NCBI GenBank assembly: GCA_965203295.1
Contig: CBDBCZ010000010.1
Span: 192,001-256,000, forward strand
Length of the DNA stretch: 64,000 bases
Direction of reading: 5' to 3'
Origin: Nitrospirales bacterium
GTDB lineage: Bacteria; Nitrospirota; Nitrospiria; Nitrospirales; UBA8639
A program made the translations under genes and the position numbers. The notes under the pieces are model-generated. The model had not been told where the DNA came from. It worked only from the letters and a program-made list of their open reading frames with translations, and did no database searches. Below, piece after piece: positions 53,098-64,000 of this stretch; position 1 is the first letter of the stretch, and each line of letters begins with the position of its first letter.

Positions 53098-55702
53098 TAT
53101 CAGAAAGTAGTAGGAGGCATCCCTTTGGTCCTCCTTTTTGGGATCGAACAGTTTGTGGCTAGGAAGTTGAGGCTTTGTAAACTTCCTGTACTTCCTATTT
53201 CCACCTGTTAGGTTTGTAGTCATAGAGGCAAACACCTTCTAGATCACTCGGTCTCCGGGGATAGTGATTGTCTTAGAGGTTGTCCTGAAAGATGTCTTGG
53301 CTGTCTGGATTGTGCTTTGCGACATCTTCCAAAACCTTGTGGTCCTTCAACCTGCGACTCCTTTTGTGAGGCAGGGAGACATCTACCCACTTGACGGTGT
53401 CGGACTTCTCGGTGAGGTAGTCACCGAGCTGCAGATCGCAGGCCTTGTACAGCCCGCACTCTCGACAGCGTAAGCTGTGCACGGCAAAGCTCCAGAGCTG
53501 ACTGTAAATACTCTTATTTTTGCTGACTTGGTACCAGATATCCTGCAAGTTACTCTTTTCAGCTTTAGTAACAAGCCACTGACGTAGTGGCCCAGAGCCA
53601 GCGACGACACAGCCACGTACTGCACGTCAACATTGGCCTTCCACAGCATGACGAGGAGAGCGTTGTAGTCGTTGACCCCCACCTCCAACTCTGTTCGAGG
53701 AAACTGGTATATTTTCCTGCGTGATTTCAGAGCATCATCCACGCAGTTCAGTGTAGCAGTTTTACAGGCTTGGAGGGGAAAGCCAAACGTGCAGCGTGTA
53801 ATGAATGTTCTACCGCACTTGCATCTCCGTTTGCAATACGCGCTGCATTTGTGCATCTGGTATCTAGTGACCAGTCTGTGCAAGTCGGGATCAGTTTTTT
53901 TGTCAGGTATGTGACAAGTGATCCTCTCTTGCAGCCAAGCTAGTACCTGTTCTGGATCATCGTGATCGATGACTTGAGCATCTCGTATCCACAAGAGTAC
54001 ATGGTAATGAAGAGCCCCGCGAGCCTGGTACTCTTTTTTTCAGTAAAAATTCTCAATCGCACTGAGCACCGCACCTTTCAGTAGGACAGTGTGGAAGAAT
54101 GCATGGAATTTCAGCAAAAACTTTCTGGGCACCGATACCGGGTCATCAGTGCAAAGCTTTCCTATGCTGTAGGACGGAGAAACGTCATTGACTCTTTTAC
54201 CTGTCAATATTTACAGACACGTATTCAGCACAGCTGAACGTGAGAAACAGAGTTGGCGGCCCCGGTGCACAAATCATGCACCGTAGCTCCCTCTGTTTCG
54301 TGAACCAGTATTGCTTTGTACTGCGCACGGACTGAAGCATCGTGCACAAATTGGCCTCGAGGTGTCTGCTGCGAGTAACCACTCCATGCAAAAGTACACT
54401 GACAGACATGGGCTGTCTTCTGGTAGATTTCAGAAGGGTGTACACACCTGCAGAGATTTTACGCATTTCCTTCTGCCACAGAAGGAAAAAGATATACTAA
54501 GGGTCTTTTCTGTGGCGTGAGTCTTTGTCGAGTAGCCGCGACTTGACAAGCTTACTGTGAGAAAGCTTCACCTGACGGGGTGATGTTCACCAAACTGTCC
54601 GGTGGGAAAGAGCACCGGAAAGCACATGAAATTCTCATGATTGTCCAAGAGAACTTCCTTGATGCTTAGAGCTTTGTACTGCTCTAGGTCAGACTCACTG
54701 GAGAGCTTGTTGTCTAAGCTTCTGATCATGTAGGCTCGAAAGCCAGCAATGTCATCTGTACTACCTTTCTGTAGCATCATACTGCTAGCACTATTGGTAA
54801 ATTCTACTACCCGTTTGACTGCCTCGTCAACAGACTCAACATCTACATCCTTGTAGAGCCAGTTGAGTCTTGACGAGGTCAACGTTAACGAGGCTACGCC
54901 ACACAACTTCCCTCTTTGTTGGCCTACCATTCACTGTTATGTACAGTTCAGGCTCTGGTACGGCAGTGCTATGATACTCTTTAGAGTTTTATTGAATGGC
55001 AGAAAGAGAAAGAACATGGTCTTTCAATGATTTATACACTGGTAACTTCATCAACAGCTGCAACATGAGAAGAAAAACTTGCTGGAGAGCAAAAAAAAAC
55101 AACATTTCCGTTGTAGGAATTTATATAATCGAGCGGAAATTCTAGACTCAACCAGATGGGACTGGACTAAACAACTGGTCAGGACTAGACTGAACTGGTA
55201 CACACTGAATTGGACTGGAATGGAAGGGAAAATCCAAATGCTCAGACTTCCGCTTACGTTACTGTTACACAGCCAAACGTCATTTATTATCTGTACATAT
55301 GAAGATCTGTAATGGAAGTTACGTACAAATCTGTCACGGATCTGTTGTGAATTGTGACAGGTCTGTGATGTTTGTGTATCGCTACTGTAAATACACACAT
55401 CAGTTATGTCTGTTCATTATACAGACTTGTCACTTCTGTGCTCATTTACACAGATCTGTTACATCTATATGTTGATTATTAATCTGGTTTATTAAAAATT
55501 ATTCTGCTAATAGTATAGTTAGTAGTAGTATGTATGCATGATCCATAAAGTATTCGTGCTAATTTGACTGTAATACTCCTGCTCGTGAAGCAATAGAATT
55601 GCCCAAAATCAGTCTAGTGCACAAAGCGTGTAGTACGGTTATTCTGCATACCAACGCTTAGTTACTGCTAACCAAGAAACTATTCTAGAAGTCACTCTAG
55701 AT

Positions 55703-56185
55703 ATGGCAGCACTAGGTCACAGCTGTGATTTAGGCTTAGTAAGTCCGGAGTGGCTACAAAGGGATGCCAATTTCGACAATTTTGACGCATTTGGTAAAAT
55801 AGATGAGTTACTAGTGGGCATACCCGACTTTGAGGCCATGTCTCCACCATTAACTTGCTTGAGCTGTTTTGCAACGACCACTACTGGCGAACTCCAACGA
55901 CTACAAGAGAAAAACATAATTAAAAAATACCAAAAAATCGATGAATACGTGGCTGAACCATCTCCAGAGATGGCAGGAGCACAAGGGGATTACAAGCACG
56001 CCATCACAGTTCAACGAACAGCAGCTAGATGAAACACTGCAGCAATTCAACGCCAAACTCCGAAAAGATTACGGATCAGACTACGAACCAGATAGCCTTT
56101 GGGTTATGCTTGCCTCCCTGGACTGCCACTTCAGAACAAATGGAGCTTCATACAGCCTCCTCAAGGACATGGCTTTCAAATGCAG
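55703..56185 (+). pseudogene. Second Crypton recombinase, N-terminal fragment
   Basis: NTWLNHLQRW..LDETLQQFNAKLRKDYGSDYEPDSLWVMLASLDCHF parallels RKSDGSPYPPATL at about 16150. Truncated. Confidence 0.8.
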
Positions 56186-56244
56186 CCTCCAGAACAGTGG
56201 GGCGAAAGGGTGGTGGTTGGCCCCCTGTGGCAGGCAGATCACAA

Positions 56245-57100
56245 ATGGCACTCTCCACTACAGGAACGACTCTTCTAGGAGGCTTGCCATCCGCTAGCGA
56301 CCTCAACTCGATGCGAGTGGCAGAGCAATCCAGTGAAGGGAGAGCTGGGGCCCCAGGTCTGGATGACTGTCTGGATAAGCAGACGGGGGGAGACAAGGGT
56401 CTGCTAGAACTGGCAGCCTCCGCCAAGAAGCCGCAGTTTTTCTCGGCGGCACAGGGACTCCCCACAATCCCGCCCAATCTGGCGCAGCGCATATGGGATC
56501 TGGAGTTCGTAGAGATGGCCGACTTTCTCCCATCCAATAAGGCCGTGCAGGCCCTGGAGCAGCAATCCACTTCGCAGGTGGTGCAAGATGGCGTCCTTGG
56601 AGCTCTGCAGCAGTTCCAACAGCAACAACAGCAGGGTCAGAGGGTTACGGATACTACAGCGTGGACCCGCTGCCTCACTCTCTACATTGCTGTGATGGCC
56701 AGTAGGAGAGCTGTTTTGGTACCAGCAATGGTTGCACACTTACACGCGGTGTTGAAGGTGCCGCGAAGTGGGGGATGGCATAGCTACAGTTTGACTGGCG
56801 GTCGAGGAGGGAGATGTGCGCTGAGGGAACCCCAACGTGGGAGCAGCAGAATCCATAACAACTCCTCCCCCTCGTTGCAGGGCAAGGCTCAGCGGCACCG
56901 GATCCGTTTGAGGTGTCACCACAAGTTCTCCTACCAGCTTGCCAGCCCCAGAAGCAGTCAGCAAACACCGGGGGCAGGCCCAGCCACAAAGCCGCCTGGA
57001 GTGTCTCCACAGCCATATCGCCTGCCCCCCAAACCTAAGAAGTCAGGAGTGTGCTGCCTCTTCAAAATTGTCCCTATGGCCTAACCTAACCAAGCTTGTG
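56245..57100 (+). pseudogene. DIRS/Ngaro-like ORF1 (gag-like) fragment
   Basis: GLPTIPPNLAQRIWDLEFVEMADFLP..VTDTTAWTRCLTLYIAVM..MVAHL, with a C-terminal CxxF knuckle remnant. No RT or YR follows. Confidence 0.65.
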
Positions 57101-58098
57101 CTCACTGGAATGCTTGAAGGCTGTGGCCGCAAGGGTGGTGTAACCCCTCGACGTAAAAAAGGAGTCCCTTCATCATGAGCACCCCTTGCAGTCCAGCTGG
57201 ATCTCCCTATAGCTAGCTACCTGTCCAACTCTCTTTTCAACAGCTACTGCTTCTTCTGGTGCTGCTCAACCTCCAATGGTTTCCTTTCCAGTTGCTAGGA
57301 GTTCCAAATCAGGTCATCCTCACGTTGCCTGCTCCTTTTACGTCAGCAACTACTAATGATATAAAAAGGACCTGTCAGGCAATCGCTGTTTCTTAGCCTT
57401 CACCCTTGGTGCCATCAGTTACAATTCTTTCTGCTACCCTACCCAGTGTTTTATGCAGTTTTCAAGTTGGTTGTCAGCGGAAAACGGTACTACGTTGTGG
57501 CGGTTATAGGGTTTCTAAGTGGTGGGTAATATGATTACGACTGCGTTGCCCGCGGCCGTAATGACAATGACTCAGCATGCACTGCTGGTTTAGCTGCCTC
57601 AGTGGAGTTTTCTCGTGACCTTATGCTGTGTTGGATAGGTCTGAGTCTGGCTTGTGAAGCTACGGCTGAAGTACTACATCGTTGATCGAGATGGATTTTC
57701 GCTACAATAGTGAACCCTGCTGGCAATACAACGTTTACAATCCTTCGGGCAGTGCTGTGTCACCCTACCACTTACTTTTCGCTCCTGGACAAGCTGCTGA
57801 ACCTGAGGAACGTACGCTTACATGTACTATAATGTATAATGCTAGTGTAAAGGTGCTGAATCCCATAAACAAGGACTTTACAATGTTTACACTGAGGAGC
57901 CTCACAGCAGACGATATAAACACTCCTGCCTCAAAAAAAGAGGCTATTTTTGAACAACTAGGTGAGAGCATTGTCCCTAAAAGTTGGATTTTCTTGTTGG
58001 ATCCTACCGTAAGTCTACAACAAGTCTGACATTTTATGTCTAAAAAACCAGCCGGACGCCTTTTCCGTACAATACACACAACTCAGCTCAGGCCAAGC

Positions 58099-60511
58099 TA
58101 TGCTTGGGCGGATTATGCTCGAAAATTTAACGAATTTCTATTCCCAAATTCCCAAAATTTTGCCCATAATTCTCAGAAATTTTACCTATTATTCTCAAAA
58201 AAAATTGAATTCATCAATCAGGATACAAGACTGACTCTTAGCGCTTATTGTACTGAAACATCAGTGATAGTTCAATATAGTCTTGTAGAGAATGCTCTTG
58301 CTGGTCACTGAAGGAAGCATTCAGCAGTGAAAACACCCTCTCGGCTGCTGCTGAGGATGGTTGTTGGATCAGCAACACCTTGCGAAGAGCTGCTGACCAA
58401 AAGGGCAATGCTGTGGAGTTCATTCTCCACCACTGGAGGGGGTCATAGTCTGGTGAAATGTCGGCTGCTTTGGACAGGTACAATGGGAGCTCTGTCTTGA
58501 GATTCTGTAATGTTGCTGTATCAAGAAAGGGCAGCACAGAAAGGCAGTCTAGTGCAGCGGCATCCGGTTGAATCTCCACGGCTTTCTTGGGGTTGAAGAC
58601 CCTTACAGCTTTGAACACTGCCATCGAATTACTAAGAGTACCACTAACAGCATCAGCAAAGTATTCCAGTCCAGGCTCAACGCAGTCCATTCCATGCCTT
58701 ACCCACCTCTGGCAGAGCTGGGAGTCTCCTTAGCTGAGTTTTTTACTCACTGCTTCTAAATTAGGATAGTGGCCTGTTTGAATAGAGGTAAGAACAGTCG
58801 TCATCGCTTCATAGCAATTTAATGCAAGCGGCCCATCTCCTTCAAGATCATACGTGGTTTTCACCAGGGGTTCCCCAGCATCAATAACAGCTGCCAGCTC
58901 CACCATTAGCATATCCTTCTTGGTGGTAATAACAGATATGAGCTTCGTCATTGTAGCTGGAGCAATGTCGCTGTGAGAGGAAAGAAACAATTCCACATCA
59001 CCAAAGTGGGTCATTAGCTGATCTAGTACCTCCCATTGACTCCACCATCGTGTTGCCGAATAAGATCGTACTGAAACTCCAACTTGCTCCTTCCATAGGA
59101 GTCGAGCTTTGGGACTGTGAGCAAACAACGACACCCATGAGCTCACAAACTCTGAGAGGGTAGGGATCTTGAAGTGTTCCCCTGCAAGGTTAATTGTGTG
59201 CAAAAAGCACCCAACATCCACAACAAGGGGGTAGACGACCTTGAGGGTTCTCAGAGCGACATTGTTCACGGACGCTCTGTCCCTCATTGCAGCTAGGAGA
59301 GAAGTAGGGGAGACACTGTAGTTGATAGACAACACAGTTATCAATTCCCGGGCAAGTTCCTCCCCAGTCATACTCTTAGCTATCATCTGAACTCGCAGAA
59401 GTCGCTGCTGTATCTTCATGCCTTCAGTGACGTATCGAACCAAGATCACTACTGCCTCTCCCAAGCGGGTGGTTCCATCAAACACAATCGATAAGTGCCT
59501 TCCTTCGATCTCATTCTTCCTTCGATCTCATTCTTGATCCGCTTCTCTTCTTCTTTCCAAATGAATGGAATCAGGTTGGACATATGGCTGCGATCAGTTA
59601 GGCGGAAAGCATTCTCTTCTAGTCCGTCCCTGAAGAGAATGACTTTGTTAAGAGGCACTCCAGCCCTCAGAAATGCACTGACCACTTTGACACGATACAC
59701 TTGTTGGTCCATCGGTAGTGTCTCACCTTCCAGATGTGTGGCTACATTGTGGGTCTTCAGTGCATCTGCTATGTCCCTCTCACGAGCTTCCTTCACGTTA
59801 AGCTTTTCCTTACCTTGGCTGTGCTTCCCTGACTTTATATGGTTCGTAATCACACTCAACTTGAGGCTTAAATCTTCACGGCATGCAAGGCAGAACAGCT
59901 TTCCACATGAAACTGCTAGTGACTCGTTTGGAAATTCTCTTACTCGTTGAGAAGCTGTTACTGATTTCAGGTCAGATAGAGAACGTGATGTACTCCGTCT
60001 CTTGCCAACTGGGGGTGGGTTAGTGCGCACTTTTCTCTTCCGGGAAATATCAGAACGTTTAGGGGTACGCAGCTTATCCAACAGTGACACGGGGGTCAGA
60101 GGGCTGACATCTCTGACAGGAGTATCCTCTTCACTACTGCTAGCCACCGGGAGACTGCTGTCTTCAGCACTATCAGCAGCAACAGACGATTCAGCCATTT
60201 ATAAATTGCCTAGACTTCTACACGTGCTTTTTAATTGTCACGTGACACAATTTAATTCCCGGTACGGTTCCGAAAACGCTGCCTGAGTCATCAGAACCAC
60301 TGCTGGACGTGATAAACGCATGCAGAGTTTGCTTGTCTAGCGGCAGTAGCGGGCCCGCGAGACTAAATTTGTGGTGGGCCTGGTGACGAGAATATTTCCG
60401 TTCAAGATTCGTATTATTCCCGACAACTGCCCTATTATTCCCGCATTATTCTCGATGCTTCTTAGTGCCTATTATTCCCAAAATTATGCCGGCATAATCC
60501 GCCCAAGCCTA
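58099..60511 (-). mobile_element. hAT DNA transposon, near complete
   Basis: TIRs TA(T/G)GCTTGGGCGGATTATGC at both ends. Subterminal TATTCCC repeats. No matching 8-bp TSD. Confidence 0.9.
58238..60198 (-). pseudogene. hAT transposase (CGGBP1-like zinc finger, DDE core, hATC domain)
   Basis: GKLFCLAC..H..H; FDGTT; RDRASVN; CFLH; TRWWS; PSSAAAERVFS. One 17-bp duplication (59499-59532) and one in-frame stop (58730). Confidence 0.95.
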
Positions 60512-62068
60512 TCAAAGAGTTAAACTACAGCTGTACAGCCAGACATACTATATTCCTAGAGCGGTACAGCGAAAGTGCTGACTCAGCAGTTTCGTCATGC
60601 GCCTCCAGTTAGTAGCTATATGCCAAGGAACCAGGACCTTTACGGCTACCTACCACGTTTTCGCCATCTAGGCAACACAAAACTACCTTCATTTGCTGTA
60701 GCTTGGCCTGCAAACCTCCAAAAGCTGCTGCAGTTGCATAGTAACGTATGACGTATTATATTGCGCATGTTATAAGTGCAGACGCACAAAGAGACAAACA
60801 AACAAACAGACGCGGAAAACGTAAAGCAATCTTAGTACCAGGTGTTCGCGCGCTCTGGCTGGTAAAAAAGTGTTTAAGCAAAGAGCAAGATGTACAGGAT
60901 TTGATAGAAAAAAGTGGAAAGCTGACTTTAGTGCATGGGATCGGCAAACAAGACTGCCAGATCAACCTGTGACAGACAGTGATGAAGACCTTACCTCACA
61001 AAGACCAGCAAAGAAAAGGAAGCTCACTACATCAGAAGAGAAAGCAAGTCGTGTAAATGAACTAAAGACTCAACTACGCCAGAACCATAGTTCAAAGTAT
61101 TCAGGCCTACAGTATGCCTTATGGGCTAAAATGATAGTGGGAGGAACTTACGAGAGCATGGAAGAACCATCGCCGGTTCCAATGTTTGGTCCACATGTCC
61201 TTGTGGGAGACCAAGCACTAGCAATCTGGCAGATGCTCTTACTGATGCAGCTGACAAAATCACTTGCGCATCCTTACCAGCTACTATAGTGCAACCAGGC
61301 ATGTACTTTCAAAAAAAAATTGGGGTAACTTCTGATAGGGATGACGTATCCTCAAAGATTTTTTTTTGCATTTTGCTCTTGAGATATGCAATGCAATGAT
61401 ATAACTTTTGGGTACCTGGCCTACTTGCAAAGTCTAGATTTAGAGTTACCCGTCAATTTTGGCGGCTTATGACATCACCAAATTCCGAAATTTAGTGGGA
61501 TATGATGCCATCACGTTACCACATGTTTGCCGCGAATGAAAGCGCTGCCGAGTTTGTCGCTATATTCAGCCTCTAAAGTAGCTCCATCGATGCTTATGGG
61601 CAGGAATCAGCTGGACACCAGATAGAAGTCAAGGGAAGAATGAAATGGCGAAATTTTGGCGAAGGGAGCTCAAGTACTGCTGAAACTTGAGACAGCAAAC
61701 TGAACGTGGGAGTACTGACCCTAAAAAGTAAGTTTTTACTAGGCTTTTTACGCTCTCTGAAGGTTCACTAGGCACTATTGGTGAAGGTTTTGATCCTGTT
61801 TGTAGTATAGACAAGAGCATGACGTCTTACTGCAGTCACAGCTTTAAAATTTTAGAGTTCACACCTTTACTTGATCATTGTTGGTGTTTCCAGCTTAAAA
61901 AGCATCTCTTGCTTGGACAGACAAATGGGTCAAAGCTGGCTAATGTGCTTAATTTAACAACAAGTGTGATAAGAATGTACATCGAATACAAACAATGTAC
62001 GCCTCAGGGGATAGGGTTTCACTTGACATTGGTAAAAGTATGTAAGTGTAATGGACATAACTGACCAT

Positions 62069-63830
62069 TGTTACCTCATAATGATGGACCATTCTTAACT
62101 GACAATGCACATGTACTAGTATGTTCACTTGTTCTGTCTGCCTGTATGCACCTGGAATATTTGACTATAAATACCAAACTGTATTTATGATTCTCGCTAA
62201 GTGGCGCGGGATGGTGCGCAGTGTCCTTTACAAGGTGGGGCTTGTCCGGGATACGAAGACACACTAATGGCTACGAAGCAGCAGCTGAAGTCACAGCTAG
62301 ACTCCTTGCGGAGCGAAAACCAGCGGTTGGAGGAGCTGGTGGAAGACATGCACACGGCGAATCCCGAGCGAGTGTGGACAGCCGAGACAAAAAGGGCCTA
62401 CGACGATGCCATGAAGCAGTTCGAGGCGCTACAGCAGGAGAATTCTGCCCTGCGGTAGAACTTGGCAAGGGAGCAGACAGCTGACAAAGAAGAAGAAATT
62501 GCCAGTCTGTCGAGACCGCTACGGGAAGTTATTCAGGAAACCGAGGCCTCAGAAAGGAGGGCACAAACAACAGGGACAGAAAGCGAGCGAATAGCGTAGT
62601 TGAGATAATAAAAGAGAGAGCGGAGATAGAGCTCAAGCAATTGACCGAAGAACAGTTGCACGCAGAGTTGGAGCGACTCCGAGTTATGGCGGCACAACAG
62701 GCCAAATGGGAAGCCAGGGAGCAGCATCTGGAGGCCCAATTAGTTACGACTGAGCGCCAAGTACAGGAAATGCAGGTGTCTGGACTGCTACAGAGGGGAG
62801 CAAAGCCCATGGTACCACATACAATGGTGAAGCCACCTCATCCAACCACTGGCCGACCTCTACGGTACCACTGACTGCGACTCCTTTTGTTACCCCATCG
62901 ATGATTACTAGTACAGCGGTGCCCGTGACTTCTACTCAAACACGTAATCTACCTCGAGGAGAGCAACTGGGCCCGTCTCAACAGAAGTGTGAATTAACTG
63001 CAGCACTGGGGAACCTAACCCAACAATTACCCCCTTACCGATGTTCTCGGGAGATGACCCAACGCGTGATAGTGGAACATTCCGTGGATCAGTTTGAAAT
63101 GGTCGGAGAATTGGCCCAGTGGAGTGATGGATGGTATTCCTATGCAGGCCCTGGTTGACACGGGATATCCTGCTACAATCATTTCCAGAGAGATATGCCG
63201 AAAGATTCTGGACAAGGAACGAGAAGAAGCTGAACCATTGTCCTCGGAGCAATGGAAAGAGAAAGCTGCCAAGCGTCTGCGACAGCCTAGTCTACTGCTG
63301 AAGGCATACTGTGGAACTGAGTTGAGTATAGGAGCAGAAATTGCAGTCCAAGTGGCTACCCCACGCTATGCAGTAAACAGAGCTGTGTTGGTGCAGAAGG
63401 ATACCCCAGGCCACATGCTCTTGGGAACTGATCTGATGTCTGCCCAGGGAATCAGAGTTCTTGAAGGCGATGGCCAATCCCTACTTGTTCCATTTGTGGA
63501 GGAGCCTCAACCAGTCTGAGATATGGAGCAGCCTCAACCAGTCCGAGTCATGGAACAGCCTAAACCAGTCCGAGTCATGGAACAGCCTCAACCAGTCCAA
63601 GTCATGGAGCAGCCTCAACTAGTCCAAGTCATGGGGAGCAGCCTCAACCAGTCCAAGTCATGGAGCAGCCTCAAGCAGTCCAAGTCAAGGAGCAGCCTCA
63701 ACCAGTCCAAGTCATGGAGCAGCCTCAACAAGTCCAAGACATGGAGCGTCTCAACCAGTCCAAGTCATGGAGCAGCCTAGACCAGTCCGAGACGTCAAGC
63801 AGCCTCAACCAGTCCAAGTCATGGAGGAGC
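62069..63830 (+). mobile_element. Gypsy LTR retrotransposon 3, 5' part, decayed
   Basis: LTR ends ..TTTACA at 62232 (start uncertain). PBS TGGGGCTTGTCCGGGA (tRNA-Pro-like) at 62236. Coiled-coil gag from 62268. Protease ALVDTGYPATIIS..LLGTDL at 63130-63500. Confidence 0.8.
63499..63830 (+). repeat. 27-bp coding minisatellite (MEQPQPVQV), about 12 copies
   Basis: GAGCAGCCTCAACCAGTCCAAGTCATG units. Confidence 0.92.
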
Positions 63831-64000
63831 CTTCAGTAGAATTGTAATACAATCGTCAGTAGAATAGGAATGGGCGTAGAATGTTCAGTAGAGTGATCAT
63901 CAGTACAATGGGCATAGAATGATCATTAGTAGAATTGCAAGTAGAATGGGAGTAGAACCATCAATGGAACTGTAATAAGCAGAATTGGCTCCACCAGTCC

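Larger units (their letters stand above)
50034..54930 (-). pseudogene. Second Helitron RepHel (Rep, Pif1 helicase, C-terminal OTU protease), heavily decayed
   Basis: CFPVLFPTG; PTLFLTFSCAE; KEYQARG..HYHVLLWI; NDYN..WKANVDVQY; SGVGGTNKS; AAPTG; GDFLQLQPV; GLVNGAIGTV; AYVAILRV; GDGNCLF. Confidence 0.9.
57832..61289 (+). pseudogene. Third, orphan copy of the IS630-partner ORF, split by a repeat and a hAT
   Basis: 5' part YNASVKVLNP..FTLR..IFEQLG at 57832-58020. 3' part LRQNHSSKYSGLQYALWAKMIVGGTYESMEEPSPVPMFG at 60870-61289. Confidence 0.7.

Noticed and set aside
61295..62060. Possible additional DNA transposon end
   Set aside because: No matching second terminus or TSD found.

Overview
Eukaryotic (GT-AG introns), animal-type DNA made almost entirely of nested, mostly decayed transposable elements. 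I see no ordinary host gene. The element mix looks like a non-bilaterian, probably sponge, genome; this is inference only. In order along the window: the right half of a CACTA/EnSpm element; two internally deleted Gypsy LTR elements, each with both LTRs, a PBS, a PPT and a 4-bp TSD; a Crypton tyrosine-recombinase element; a Helitron with STPR repeats, Rep, Pif1 helicase and an opposite-strand RPA70-like gene; three IS3EU-type (integrase-core DDE) remnants; two IS630/Tc1-like transposases; a LINE 3' fragment; a second Helitron with an OTU protease; Crypton and DIRS-like fragments; a hAT; a third Gypsy; and many MITEs. The most notable pattern is a ~6.85 kb element at 28399-35247 with TAYGGTGGCCC termini. 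It pairs an intron-containing integrase-core transposase tail-to-tail with a spliced protein kinase gene, apparently carrying an NLS. A second, divergent kinase + transposase pair with the same geometry follows at 35500-37860, suggesting a family of kinase-carrying DNA transposons. A second recurring module is an IS630/Tc1-like transposase paired convergently with a conserved uncharacterised partner ORF (two pairs plus one orphan partner). All family calls come from motif recognition by eye; no database search was run.
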